This document shows, one piece after another, positions 30,901 through 38,160 of a DNA stretch of 64,000 bases; position 1 is the stretch's first letter; each line of letters starts with the position of its first letter. The notes beneath the pieces are model-generated. The model was not told the origin of the DNA, did no database searches, and worked only from the letters and a program-made list of their open reading frames with translations. This DNA comes from a virus, in the IMG/VR virus record IMGVR_UViG_3300030333_002778, positions 25,461 through 89,460 of that record; one strand, 5' to 3'. The translations under genes were made by a program, and so were the position numbers.

Positions 30901-31374
30901 TTCATATATAGGGGTAACTTCTTTTGTCCATTCTCTTATTCCACCCCCTAAATCTGAAATAGCATTAGTAAAACCATCATTTATATCTAAATTTATTAAA
31001 TCTAATAAAGATCCGAATCCTTCAATAGTACCCCCAACTATTTCTCCTATTACAAATTGATTTAAAAAACTAGTAAATTGGTCCCAACCAGTTTGTCTAC
31101 TAGCACGCATCATATCTATTTGAGATGGATCACTAACCCCAAAATCTACATCTGGCCAATCATAAAAATTAGTATTATATGTAACACCTTGATGCATAGA
31201 AGGATCCTGAAATCCTAAATCTACACCGTGGATATAATCCTGTAGACTTAAAGGATCTGCAGCTGCACTGGCTTTTTTAGGCCCACTTATTTTCTTCTCT
31301 GAATTTCTTTCAGGTAATTGTGTAATAGGGTCTATACCTTGAGTCTGTGTTTGTATAAAATCTTGTAATCCCAT
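15913..31374 (-). CDS. Giant virion-packaged RNA polymerase polyprotein (crAss-like cargo), 5153 aa
   Basis: Catalytic GADFDIDK (22432-22446); YRIPTQ, TDAQ, DAGKR, IDMVSFESAVKTG and LDNAK motifs; zincin-like and PD-(D/E)XK domains. Confidence 0.93.
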   Translation of the reverse strand: MGLQDFIQTQTQGIDPITQLPERNSEKKISGPKKASAAADPLSLQDYIHGVDLGFQDPSMHQGVTYNTNFYDWPDVDFGVSDPSQIDMMRASRQTGWDQFTSFLNQFVIGEIVGGTIEGFGSLLDLINLDINDGFTNAISDLGGGIREWTKEVTPIYEMYPGSSWQPNDSGWWYNNMVSIGSALSLFFPAWAVTKAGKFAGVGPLKAVNNAARASKYSRIANTGKFLDRKLFSNKTTDWMTKAVVGGVSMRYMENYREAAETGLLSYEKNLAWFQNQKNLDEFLESEGGQQFLKESGISLNDPALADAAARYISSHAAAHTFKWDWTNAFFDIAQYGLMFGRAKYRGKGATSSAVRTAQDATLKAPKTVIPKTRLGKVGKWIKPKAKALAKFGLWSYTEAIEEQINWIAMQEGILQGDLLAGFDDVGRDTMTDDSLLSRLRKYSTQGGFWSSSIMGFAGGAVMTAGAGLMNRKAYKKQEQAKIQAITKRMEMLANVSEQMKEAQEKGDTYKVKQLQRLLAVNLAMNNELVNNGDLLKEMMEDPIMEEILTDAGITQEQIKDVKADMLSIIEQASTAYNKYFKSPFGAKYGPGISARVAQQQMAVQIYQNLINEINEQVELDLESDIYSQEKYKQLGAQTKMRHNLIMQIKASKLALEQLIENKEGLEQYNNLKDTPQSEREKNDKLINSMQEQIKELEGYISELEVVSDKLKSESSEILTPEQFQEEEKFLEEVENGDVLRKRHRQAQYRALRDMALKQIQNINKLESGKELTTMEKKDLDEVLKPSIEQAAAESATDALIQDFRDFIVKEKVTEEDIDQWMLQHPDNARFQEAATKIKNEWLQIQQSLKNKEALQQALKEAKEKQDEIDRIEKLNMEMNKEQKDILNKEKDQLNQQKQKNKMRKAAENAESSKTDETKTTPTTTSNPTVLDEKTLKETKGTAMTPQFMSYGLESVGPHNEAVVVTVVDSNGNPVPKSTLKMIPMTEAMNKLLTENRKEFDRKYQVLYYYPPRLNSSGYIVREGKRIVLQDNAGPKILTDKKGNALVIRKDSNVRNNNEIFDFQAINDPNIGVGTDIILRPEPNNEFYKSNDPTKMVISIRLASDPTVNLGQLRISAFSKENTRIREIFAKQKELKDIKGKIAGKGNGWVLRLKKDGKSIEQPISVLGDANSLILGYGNKNEGVIIWQKNNMDFDISTFIEHGAIYAAIKRANGILTPVRLSTSNLSQEAADAVIEIILDYSLTPATIESEIKKIVNTVRTYSKNAPGLVFDNFEIVFPYKDKIIGLQYRAAGQNKRNNFLTALNGHNLSYNPEFFFVEYDKETGAVKKQGKNKYISSKTLDLSGKSIREALVEHLMSKKYNIQKARMEMMKDPFQSKLGSWNSYFEYLTDPNILPISTDIPANGSQQFYNSNIYVEPTEEKFKSNPKKVPDFLNKGPEFNQNSNLFGFDPQAQIDNKYSPSFDPSKMQNLDNFAREQMEKKNKKKEIIKKAPKKKPPTKSRDDIDTDFKLRQYEVNPESNLLLSEEEVQWFIDKFGEEGLEIAARVKYITLKDGRQAYGYYHQGMVTLAQFAKKGTAYWEAMRRIIDLHLTANEKSSLFKAAQQQWGIQNQQELETKLAESFMEYRITQENRGLIGTIAKFFKDIMTYIKKFLGMDLTLNEMFSDLSSRNYNKYTTKELRERSTVAYKLRQKPGYTNIQKNEIVDVITNKMREAYQKEYGDLWLEKLTDPKILVAKLEAARQNMERIGEQMTEAGIEQGEEWSKAALQENFYSQFDENNINVVSPGFRDLVVRNLTVFGVRFGFKESGKLIETQNAEIEEQIDISEENTSDIAASEEFETDLENAELETAQHIHGINFFERPRKATLSKDVKIELSLIQKNDGSRGGLLGEKSFYSFSEVYSYLKFALANTPQGDVMNRLELLAEDNKIAEVVLDRINNGSPAFKNKFITHMNDQLIDFEIPIIQDGMIKLVYANRNSFNRMIINDWIGNREVTTDLFNIQEGKQDTINESTAKEIFDLWSNLKFIVKEGDQQKEMNAHREVKKKYIEQMKKILDRTGILIPNEAYNSLYNNDEVFVRDLHKYMSGSNSYSHILAKLRKGISPFVAGDMEMGSLNKFAQLASNFKVDKALASFHSNGKNIYAINLNTFDSKRVLELRSKNTYESAINKYKQDTFYEDHLILDLIEKFDNVREKLSIVTLDSLKEAGYKGRSTSYKDLNPQQSLLTRWAFFTDRSQPFTKINIGTRSDKMQSMYMALPRIYPGSSHITWNGTSVNQANQFVDTAVDLLYPLALREYGRILKVQDQLFGDNKISRESMIQNYHYKNEPGDHMSDRKNANGLRFIIFPTLNNIDFYTELGMLRDSNTASQEQMSNAVKEIKNKLREYVIQNITETLNKFEKEGIVSKNEKDNTYKNILLPPKSLQGKTINTNIMPALVEFAINDIVYLPHIYTMMMGDPAFYKADNTGNIFIDAGKRNYAGITPGFDPVIGKYGMSNTISHSIFKDVYKKDPTLVENIRKALKEAGSKKADQIADQFANLNKTDAQSFSTIEFYKSYLESQGKWIPEKHGVYYEKYWSKGKLGNKESKKLLFDPLKTFYWGDRIVEDNNGRKTLVWEQIKHSVYPLLREMTENEKDSSESVTINNLRQRMEAVGKYSGLKKIDMVSFESAVKTGAVGISNPTTQEQLKDIVVTELDTRNLRSPQVVDFKAKKQLYGTQFGKLITANIESNFNYTLNGISIKGDQIRDLYDSAFAEKIKRSHDGLVKEMGWQEFKERYENRDEIKGAAEFNQYYEDQKKFLLKVRGILENSLNERELEDNYYLILNIDEIIDNIETRYDFQAPLSFPTFAKTFESILNNLYKNRVLRQKTKGMGAIQIAQYGHKLSDELTIKPTKNGGFVAQIKLPYQLGAKYNLPAGVVTEEYLAKNNITREALTSIGYRIPTQLKVSMMALEIVEVLPENAGGIVILPTEVVNKMGADFDIDKMFLMFPELTNNGEKISAFDYVKYKEKQNFDGVSTKALDNLIYDINYTILTSKNHVEEVMNPLDTDVYVNLINKYERLGIIPTMSRLNLFSTSGQMYLEEVNKQAAALIGAFSNHSVGSALSQSTDMTIKPEYSINIRANNISSHVDLTKIKGFDGEYILNYIAAHQSESLDNAKNLRIGRAGVTLFNHGVIAILNRAGFNVETALDFINQPIIRKLEQNVKNAPAFTNHAQIARTTAEQLGQLDYYNNINRKNLIEFTPTASYLNDTGLQADLSNEADLKKQIQILSDFMRYLKVAKDVSKSNRYLSPDGIKRFSRLSYLEQFMDNVDYIQSSKSAIEITKIPKRVQSYITYGIESANEFTSFFIPFNKNGFIELKRNIAQLTGQEDGILSPQNIDTINSLGLYFSVIKPDSPMRGLFYTKSGEVRTKSLENVLFKYQKSLASRLAKIKKKHDLFNDPFLGLLYAHPDNLSSDKFIQLIAFNNSVKLDPSERSEITDRWAELLLDPREDVANLAKSLISYSIVTSGLMKGPNSFVDLVPVSYWKSSGLTNYFRTEANSMWNDQYFLNATHQIIRNMFTDPGFLKIADKKVLHRTPQLIKAHNLKANQHYLHKSQNPNLIIEGAVPNSNEFVHYFRSYNAGKWRLYKFLAASETNSGNLNGAIYQEIPPLGERYRFVEMYAQERYESIHPANKTEQNTQPQTNMFDSGSITSRNNTLEYRLSPEMKESALKDLDNYLIGFAEKHFGVKAVTINNLKKKLGVDAVGAADMLNRIMYLDQNRDRYTVPEELSHFFIEALEDKPTVQRLLALASKTDLYGQVVKDYEKLYTEDYQFQKETAGKILAEYIVNEQQVREKYKGFIGTLRKIWDQIKALFTRNQEAKDELRQQLDNVFGPMASRILNGDITGLNIDNLGVEKYYALNNQKQNFSQMINESNRIQDPTTENNFYELDGIKLNRTTSFIEAFSKPFASKEIAEKVAAANRRAGNPFNTSEKVEKLWEFLKDGVGTQLHKTMEGIVNNLTDKQIIDSLNLDTSSKAAINKNLPKLRAWVRSKITAGSRLYTETKVADKSDIIGGQVDIIEVTSTGKRIIHDFKTKMKGKFLTLESQLPSFTGPLATIPNNLLNQYRLQLSLYRYIIQNKGIKIDEMNIVGLEADVTINKAGEVIMTSVDLLNPASPVASKLKKLKPIKNKTLKNMFNFLNPNNERAQAEANKETDRISQIFETAKNNLKKKIASLQRQKDAKEYVTGLKDLLGKLDEIGEKEGLILFMRRANADIDAAYNKLRELETTSSVNIPELNKVLKFVQTYDMLDEISLAAPLLANEGYEQEINEIVAPAIYKRQKVYELYKALGRPLLANFLSDYISDPRIENKEEFIQNELVKAGRDISLLARWLDAMGDSKDSVLAAVDKLVKEQVYKTHEQEQKFLYGTGKEDIGLYERIKKLEAFQTSKGVGTNSFRELYDFMLEKTKDGKLTGRILNQHTYEWYEKKRKFVRDSIQNGTNLSSKDTWSNFFKNNPIEYSEQYKKLQALPEGDQRKIFYNYFIENFKYANTLLEQQYRRGTEETGFFLPSIRASKAELLLESDKKLKRTAKETLIDYFTVGDDQTSYGEIVSKTGEPLSYVPTHYTLKIGTGENFDLTPEEVSYDLGSSLRQFFTMANNYNNMQTIINELEMTKELLKHRQVRKLSGKGMPIVDKVTGEEITYSGEISRSYDRFNDYLDMIVYQKKKKKGSTIKTLGGGTRQITDTKLVDLAINYNALRVLALNPHVGLSNAGFGMLLNWVEAFAGQYLNLKTYGKSTAKYNLSLPGIINDVASRRPTSKLGMLLENFDVLSNFNEAGQRIDHKNFFIRSLNPGAIYFMMSAGEHRIQSQLFIAQMMNMQFKLSSGKYINLWDAYKVKDKRLVLNPEVAEQFTHRDKTDFIERVKAVYQRMHGIYNSSDRAALQQYAMGRAAMQFRKWLRPGAMRRFEGIEKVIYDAKSPYKKADYNERLMSEVEGNYVTAAKFIVTMFKEARQLNFEFGKRYKELPTWQKANLKRALGEIAFLMLLLILPGRIRGDKEDDELSRAEWQALYTIKRVESELLFYLPTTAFFDILRTPMAGMSGLEALYKFFSQGTSDLTSVLTGGDFERYKRKTRGYDKGDAKISKYFKRILPFKEWNTHPGDKIKFFDLK

Positions 31375-31383
31375 ATTTTATTT

Positions 31384-34300
31384 CTATTTTTTGATCCAGT
31401 TTGGATGTACTATACTTGTATTAAAAAGATTATCTTTATTGTATCCGAATTCTCCTATAGAGAAATGCCACCATTCTTTTGGATTTTGTAGTAATGGTTC
31501 ATATGTATATATCTCTCCAAAAGGATTATCTTGATATCCTAAGTCTTCTTGTCTTGTTTTGAATAAAGGATCGCTAGTAGGGAACGTATCTGTACCATAC
31601 ATTCCTCCTCTAGTAGCCTCTCGAGAACCTGCTTGTGATAAAGATTTTAATACTACTCCTGCTATTATACCTTTAATATCACCTAGATTTCCAAAGTTAT
31701 TTCCTATTTCTTCAAGATCAGTAAGAGTAGATAGCATTGTACCATTTTTATCAAATATTGCCATATCATAATGACCAGGCTCTTGAGAAATATCAAATGC
31801 TTGTCCTATTACATGGAATCCTTTATTACCTTCTGCAACATAAGGACCTACTTTACCCCCATCAATCCATTCTTGATGTGCTTGTTGTTGTCCTGTATAA
31901 GATCTAGATATATCAGAAATAGGTATTCTAAATCCACCTGCTCCTCCAGATACAAAGCCTAATTGTAATTCTCCACTTTCTATTAATTCTCCTACATTTT
32001 GATTTAAATAAGTGTCACCTGATGTATAAGGTAATTTAAAACTTTTTAAGACATCAAATATACCATAAAGATTTCCATTTTTATCAGATCTATCAAAGAA
32101 ATTTACTTGCTGTCCATCTACTATTTGAGATGATCCTAAAACTCTATTAACCTCATCAAAAGATAACTTCATTATTTCAGCTAATGGTTTCTTTATATTT
32201 ACATTTGAATCTATAACATTATTTCCGCTTGCCATTCCAAACCCTATATCATATAAGTTATGAGTTTGCCAATGTTCATCACTATAAACTGTTTGTCCTT
32301 TTTTAGCAAGGAATCCAAACTCACTTCCAAATGAATCTTGTACATCAAACACCATTTCATTTGCAGTAACTGGTTTATTAGGTTGTCCCTGAGGTACAAT
32401 ATCCCAACTTTCTGCATCTATTCCTCGATTAATTGCATTCTTTTTATCTTTCTTTAACCAGTAACTAGCTTCATTTATTCTTGAAGGATCATTAAACATT
32501 AATATATTACCTAATTGAACTATTTCATCTCCATTGAACATTGTTGTTCCATCTGCATATACAGGCTGGCCATTTTCATAATCAATTATAGTACCTTTTG
32601 TAGGTACAAATATATTATTTCCTACACTTAATGCTTCTCCATCAGGTCCTTCTTTAAAGTAATATAGTCCTACTGGTACACCATCTGACCTTAAAGTATT
32701 ACTTGGTATTATATTACCTGGTATTTCTCTTGCTTTAGATTGGTCTAAATAAGCAAGGAAATTACTATTATTTACCATTTGTTGGTTTGTACTCAATTCT
32801 ATTTGCTTATTATTATCATCTTTACCATAATTTAAATGTAAATTTTGATATTGAGGAGTAGCTGCAGTGTATATTCTTAAGTTAGGTTTATCTGCATCAC
32901 CAGTAGGTAGGTTTAATTCAACTGCATATCCATCAAATGCTCCTATAGGCGTTGAAGAGTAATGTAAGATAACATTCTTTCCTATTCTATAATCATCTTC
33001 ATATGTTTTATTTGCAGCGGTTGGAGATTGACCCCATTGATAATCTTCCATTAATTCTAACACTTGTTGAGAATTTAGTGTAGTACCATCTTCTAATACC
33101 CATGGATGATCTTCTTCACCAAATAATATTTGTGTATATGTTTTAGCCTCTTCTGCATCTACATCAGCAAATCCAGTACCTTTATATTGATTATTATTAT
33201 AATTTCTACCATTAAAAGGTTTTGTATCTCCAACTATTTGTGTCATTTCACTATAAATAGGAGCAGCATTACCTGGACCTATCCATTGGAAATATCCATC
33301 CCACTGTGTTAATACTTGTTCATAATTATCAGCTGTACCTGCCATATTATATAATTTTTGCATATCTCCTACTCCCGCAATAGGATCTCCATCTTCATCA
33401 AATTGTAAGAAAGTAAATCCATTTTGCATAAACGCATCTCTATCAGCAGCATTATTATAATCATACCACACACCATTAAGACTAACCTGTGAAGCAAAAC
33501 CATTCTCATCCATACTAGCTGGGTTAGCTTCTATATCTAAATTACTAGCAGCTTGTTGGAATAAATTCATAAGAGAGAATTCATAATTCTTCATTTTACT
33601 TTCAGCCAATAATATTTGATTATCTAAAGTTTCTCTTAATTTAGAATCAAGATTACCACTTCTTTCTAGATTTGCTTTTCTATTTAAAAGATCTAAATAT
33701 TGAACTTTAAGATTTTTAACTTCTTGTGCAAAATAACTACTTTGCCATTGAGGTTCTTGTTCAGATATTACTACTCGTTCTGGTTTTGATGTAGCTTCTT
33801 CACCATTCCATGTCCATATATTTTCTAAAATAGGTTTTCCAACTGTCATGTTCACTGATCCTACAGTACTCTTTTCAAAGTTTATATCTTTAACATCTGG
33901 TCCAGTATTACCTGGAGTAGTATTTCCTCCTTTTGTAGATGTTATATCAAAAGTAAGATCTGATTCTAAGAATCTTTCAGCCATTCTTCCTAATAAACCA
34001 GCTCTAGCATATGATAAAGCAGCATTAGTAGGTTGACCATTTTGATCTAGTAATGGATTCTCTTCTAGTACTCCATCTATTAATTCTTGTGCATTTTCTT
34101 GATCTCCATAAAGATTTTTCAAATATGTCATTGCATAATCATTAACAGAGCTTATATAATCTTCTTCAGTATTATACCATTCAGGAGAAAGCATTAAATT
34201 TAATTCATTTCTAAATCCAGAATTAAGTGCAGACATATTATTCATAGTTGCTGTTCCTGCAGTATGATATAATCTAGCTCTATTAATAGAATTATTTTTA

Positions 34301-34989
34301 GTTTTTATTACTTGTCCTGAAGTTTCAGAATCAGGATCCATATCAATAACATCTGTTTCTGTAAGTTCTTTTTGTAGATCTTTAAAGATAGCATCTATTT
34401 CTGAATCTTGATCTACATTAGGATGTAAACCTGAATATACAAATGGATTAAATGTTTGTTGACCTGTAGCATCATTATACGACATATGATCCTCATAGTT
34501 TATTGAACCATCAGAACCAACTCCTTCTTGTATCCATGTATTAAAGTTACCCGGATCTAAAAAAGGATTAAATATTTCATCATAATCTCCTGCTGTTCTG
34601 GCTTCATTCTGTGCTTTAATATACTCACTAACATTTGCTGTATTAGTTTTAATTTGGTATAGATTTCCAAATTTCATATCTTTATCTACTTGTCTAGCTA
34701 TTGTTTTTAATTCTGGAATCATAGCATAGTAGTTTCCATTGTATTGATTGTACAGATCGTCTAATTGGGTAGTAACGTTTTCTCTATATTCTTTTAGATA
34801 TTTTTTTTCTGCTGGGTGATATGCTTGTATACCCATGATTGAATCTTGGGTAGCATTAAATAATAATTCTCCCTGATTATCTCTTTTCTTTTGTTGTCCC
34901 GCCATCGTTGCCAATTCTTGAAATGGTAAAGGAACGTAAGTATTTATTACGTTCTGTTTAGCCGGACTCATGTATTCATTTATAGCCAT
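31384..34989 (-). CDS. Virion cargo protein with a C-terminal M15-family peptidoglycan peptidase
   Basis: N-terminal NTYVPLPFQEL cargo-type start; SRSYTGQ, FHVIGQAFD, EWWHFS. Confidence 0.75.
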   Translation of the reverse strand: MAINEYMSPAKQNVINTYVPLPFQELATMAGQQKKRDNQGELLFNATQDSIMGIQAYHPAEKKYLKEYRENVTTQLDDLYNQYNGNYYAMIPELKTIARQVDKDMKFGNLYQIKTNTANVSEYIKAQNEARTAGDYDEIFNPFLDPGNFNTWIQEGVGSDGSINYEDHMSYNDATGQQTFNPFVYSGLHPNVDQDSEIDAIFKDLQKELTETDVIDMDPDSETSGQVIKTKNNSINRARLYHTAGTATMNNMSALNSGFRNELNLMLSPEWYNTEEDYISSVNDYAMTYLKNLYGDQENAQELIDGVLEENPLLDQNGQPTNAALSYARAGLLGRMAERFLESDLTFDITSTKGGNTTPGNTGPDVKDINFEKSTVGSVNMTVGKPILENIWTWNGEEATSKPERVVISEQEPQWQSSYFAQEVKNLKVQYLDLLNRKANLERSGNLDSKLRETLDNQILLAESKMKNYEFSLMNLFQQAASNLDIEANPASMDENGFASQVSLNGVWYDYNNAADRDAFMQNGFTFLQFDEDGDPIAGVGDMQKLYNMAGTADNYEQVLTQWDGYFQWIGPGNAAPIYSEMTQIVGDTKPFNGRNYNNNQYKGTGFADVDAEEAKTYTQILFGEEDHPWVLEDGTTLNSQQVLELMEDYQWGQSPTAANKTYEDDYRIGKNVILHYSSTPIGAFDGYAVELNLPTGDADKPNLRIYTAATPQYQNLHLNYGKDDNNKQIELSTNQQMVNNSNFLAYLDQSKAREIPGNIIPSNTLRSDGVPVGLYYFKEGPDGEALSVGNNIFVPTKGTIIDYENGQPVYADGTTMFNGDEIVQLGNILMFNDPSRINEASYWLKKDKKNAINRGIDAESWDIVPQGQPNKPVTANEMVFDVQDSFGSEFGFLAKKGQTVYSDEHWQTHNLYDIGFGMASGNNVIDSNVNIKKPLAEIMKLSFDEVNRVLGSSQIVDGQQVNFFDRSDKNGNLYGIFDVLKSFKLPYTSGDTYLNQNVGELIESGELQLGFVSGGAGGFRIPISDISRSYTGQQQAHQEWIDGGKVGPYVAEGNKGFHVIGQAFDISQEPGHYDMAIFDKNGTMLSTLTDLEEIGNNFGNLGDIKGIIAGVVLKSLSQAGSREATRGGMYGTDTFPTSDPLFKTRQEDLGYQDNPFGEIYTYEPLLQNPKEWWHFSIGEFGYNKDNLFNTSIVHPNWIKK

Positions 34990-34996
34990 ATCTTAT

Positions 34997-37900
34997 TTAT
35001 TTTGTAGTTTTAAAAAGATCAAATAAATTACTAAGGTTAAAATCATCTCCTCCAATATTTAAATCACCTTTAAATGCATCCATGTCAAAAGCTCCATCTT
35101 CACCAAAATAATTTGGAAACATTCTTTGTATTCCGCTTAGTTTTAATGCATCCATATTTTGTAAATTTTGTGTTAGCTTATTTTTCTGAGCTAAATTAGA
35201 TATACCTTCAAAGAATGATTTTTCAAAGCCTTGTTGAACTCCTTTTCTTTGATTCATAATATTTCTAATTCTTGCAGTTTCTTGTCTTTCACTTTCACCT
35301 ATTTTAAATAAAGCATCTGCATAAGAAGCAGCTCCTTTTTTATTCATTTCTTCAAATAGCGCTCTAGTTTTTTGATCTGCTCCCATCTTAGTACCAAACA
35401 ATTTAGCTAGATTACTAGCATATTCAGAAGAACTACCTCCACTAGCATCTCTTAAATAGTTAGTTGCTGTATTTAACATTTGTTCATTAGAAGCAAGAGC
35501 AGATGTAGGATCATTATACATATTACCTTCTAAAGTTCTTAAAAGTTGTTCTGTTCTTTTATTACGTATAGGCGCTTCTCTTTGAATAGGTTCTTTAGAT
35601 TTAAAAAAGTTATACCAATTAGCTGCATTTTCTGGTCCAAAAGTAGAACCTATTCTATCAAGAAATCCTTTTTCTCCAAATAGGTTTGATAGAAAATTCT
35701 TTTTATTTCCCCCTTCTCCATCTTCTCCATTACCATCACCAGTATTTCCTGTATTATTATTTTGATCAAGTTCTTGCTGAGTAACTGGAGCCATATCTTC
35801 ATCGCTAATATCAGTCTTATATATATTTCTAGCATCATCCCACCAATCTTCAAAAGTTTCTCCTGCTCCACCTTCAAAATCAGGTCCTTTATTTTCTTGC
35901 CATAATTTTCTAGCTTTATTTTTATTAAGAATACTAGCCATATCACCTTCTTCTAGTACTTCGTTTTTACTATATAAATCCAAAGCATCACTTACTCTAA
36001 TTTTAGGTCCTATATTTAAGTTTGAAAAAGGTTTTTTTAATGTTGAGAAAAAGTCTTTATAACTTTGTCTTCTTGCATCAAGATCTGCTCCTTCAGGAAA
36101 AGGTCCAAACATAGGATCTTGACCACCTTCAGCGCTCCATCTTTCTTTTGGGCCACCTTCTTTAGTACGATTAGGATTTAACCAATCTATAACACTTTGT
36201 ACTTTTCTTTTACCTTCTCCTGTTTTTATTCTTGGTATTCTTCCTCTAAAAGGTTCTATAGGAGTACTCATAAATTCATCGTATTCTTCCTCTTCTGCTG
36301 CTACATCTAGGTTTCCTGCATTCGGATCATTTTTTCTTCCAAAATTTGTAGGTAATCCTAACTCATCTGCAACTATATCCCACTGACTATTTGCTTGGTA
36401 TTGGGACAAAGGAGGTGGTTTAGAACCTTCTCCAACAGTTCTATCATCAACAGGAGTCTCCCCGCTTAATATAGCACCAAGATCATTTCCCATTAAACCT
36501 CTTTCCATTAAATTAAAACTAGGCTTACCCTCTATAGGGTCTCTTTTTTCATTTACTGCATTGAATCTACTTAGATCTACATCTCCAAACTCTAAAGGAG
36601 TGTTCATAAATTCATCATACTCTTCTTCTTCAGCTTGTGTATCAAGAGCTCCTGGATCTACTTTATCTGCAGTTAGATCTATACTCTCTAACATATTACC
36701 ACCCTGTACTACATTTCCTTCAGCATCTATCCAACTATCACTCTCAACACCACGTGGTCTGTAAGTTGAATCGAACTGCATATACTGATCTCGTAATTCA
36801 TCAGTCATTACAGGAGCTTCTGAAACGACTGTATTTCCTCCTCCTGTTATTTGTTGTATAACAAATTTACCATAAGGATCTCCATAATTTCTTGATATAT
36901 CTTCTAATTGTTGTTGTAAACTCCAATCATTCAGATCTTTTCCTGCATATGTTGTAACTAAATCTTGTATAATTTGTTCCATATTAGGAGGTTGTGCTTG
37001 TTTCGTGTCCCCTCCAGTTTCATATTTTCTCATTCCATATGCAGCCAATGGCATTCCTGGTGGTGGAGGTCCTTGTTGAGGTCCCTGTTGTTGCTGTTGA
37101 GCAAAATATTTTTGAGCTAGATCTGGAAAATCTCTCATAAGTTCCTCAGGAGTAGCGCCTCCTTTCATAGCATCTCCAAATGCTATTTGTCTAGCTTGTT
37201 CTTGTTCTTGCTCTAAATCTTGTAATTGTTTTTGTTTAGACTTCATCATTTGTTGTGCAGTCTTCTTACCTATATCGTCAATACTAGGATCGTTTAATAT
37301 CTTTTTTAGTTTTTCCATATCTTTTGCAAGCTTTTTAGAAGCGTCTGCAAATGACATATTGTGTATTTTAGATTTTAATTTTTTAGAAAATACATACTGC
37401 TCTTGACCTCCTCCATTTACTACTTCTCCTCCTTGAGAGTGACTCTTTCCTTTTAACTCATGTAATCCAGGCATTCCTGTAGATTGCATTTGTCCTGTAG
37501 TTTGTGGAGGTGTATTACTTTTAATAGTTTCTCCTCCTTCTGCTTCATATTCATTACCTTGGCCTCCATACATTCTTCGTCCTCCTTCTGAACCTAATAA
37601 CATAGGCAGTTTATTATTATACCAACTAGCCATCCAGCTCATTTCATCACCCTCACCTAAACCTTCAATTTCACTTTTAACATTTCCTAATTGACCAGCC
37701 ATACTACCCATATAATCCATCATTTCCATTCCTAGATTTGGCATATCTAAAAATGGAGTCTCAGCTTTACTTTGTAAAGCCATTAAATTATCTGTTAATC
37801 CTGCTATATTAGAAGTTTTAGTACCTCCTGTTGTTAGTTCGTCTTCTAATTGATTTGCTTTAGTTCTAGCTTCATTTCTTTCTTCTCTTATTTTTTGATT

Positions 37901-38104
37901 TTCATTAAAAATATATTTAGAGCCCATAGAATCTAATATAGGATCTGCTAAAGAAAAAGGAAAAGGTAAAGCCTGAGCTACATTTAAATCTCCTATTGTT
38001 CCTGCTAATTTTAATCCCTGACTTGCTTTAGGCATTCTCATAGGATTACCTCCGTAGGCATACCACGAAGTTGTCTTTTTTACTTTCTTTTTTCTTTTAG
38101 CCAT
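34997..38104 (-). CDS. Virion cargo (ejection) protein
   Basis: EAEGGE...GKSHSQGG...YVFS motif, YAYGG/YETGG motifs, coiled coils; lies between the muzzle and RNAP genes. Confidence 0.75.
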   Translation of the reverse strand: MAKRKKKVKKTTSWYAYGGNPMRMPKASQGLKLAGTIGDLNVAQALPFPFSLADPILDSMGSKYIFNENQKIREERNEARTKANQLEDELTTGGTKTSNIAGLTDNLMALQSKAETPFLDMPNLGMEMMDYMGSMAGQLGNVKSEIEGLGEGDEMSWMASWYNNKLPMLLGSEGGRRMYGGQGNEYEAEGGETIKSNTPPQTTGQMQSTGMPGLHELKGKSHSQGGEVVNGGGQEQYVFSKKLKSKIHNMSFADASKKLAKDMEKLKKILNDPSIDDIGKKTAQQMMKSKQKQLQDLEQEQEQARQIAFGDAMKGGATPEELMRDFPDLAQKYFAQQQQQGPQQGPPPPGMPLAAYGMRKYETGGDTKQAQPPNMEQIIQDLVTTYAGKDLNDWSLQQQLEDISRNYGDPYGKFVIQQITGGGNTVVSEAPVMTDELRDQYMQFDSTYRPRGVESDSWIDAEGNVVQGGNMLESIDLTADKVDPGALDTQAEEEEYDEFMNTPLEFGDVDLSRFNAVNEKRDPIEGKPSFNLMERGLMGNDLGAILSGETPVDDRTVGEGSKPPPLSQYQANSQWDIVADELGLPTNFGRKNDPNAGNLDVAAEEEEYDEFMSTPIEPFRGRIPRIKTGEGKRKVQSVIDWLNPNRTKEGGPKERWSAEGGQDPMFGPFPEGADLDARRQSYKDFFSTLKKPFSNLNIGPKIRVSDALDLYSKNEVLEEGDMASILNKNKARKLWQENKGPDFEGGAGETFEDWWDDARNIYKTDISDEDMAPVTQQELDQNNNTGNTGDGNGEDGEGGNKKNFLSNLFGEKGFLDRIGSTFGPENAANWYNFFKSKEPIQREAPIRNKRTEQLLRTLEGNMYNDPTSALASNEQMLNTATNYLRDASGGSSSEYASNLAKLFGTKMGADQKTRALFEEMNKKGAASYADALFKIGESERQETARIRNIMNQRKGVQQGFEKSFFEGISNLAQKNKLTQNLQNMDALKLSGIQRMFPNYFGEDGAFDMDAFKGDLNIGGDDFNLSNLFDLFKTTK

Positions 38105-38119
38105 TATATATTATTTACC

Positions 38120-38156
38120 AATTTACAAAAATAATTAAATTTATTAAACTTCCAAA
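38120..38156 (-). promoter_or_regulatory. Bacteroidota sigma-ABfr-type promoter for the cargo/RNAP genes
   Basis: TTTG-N19-TATTTTTG on the - strand, an exact consensus match. Confidence 0.8.
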
Positions 38157-38160
38157 CTTT

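Noticed and set aside
2023-31374. Introns, inteins or homing endonucleases in polA, helicases, primase or RNAP
   Set aside because: Catalytic motifs are contiguous; no LAGLIDADG, HNH or intein splice-junction motifs recognised
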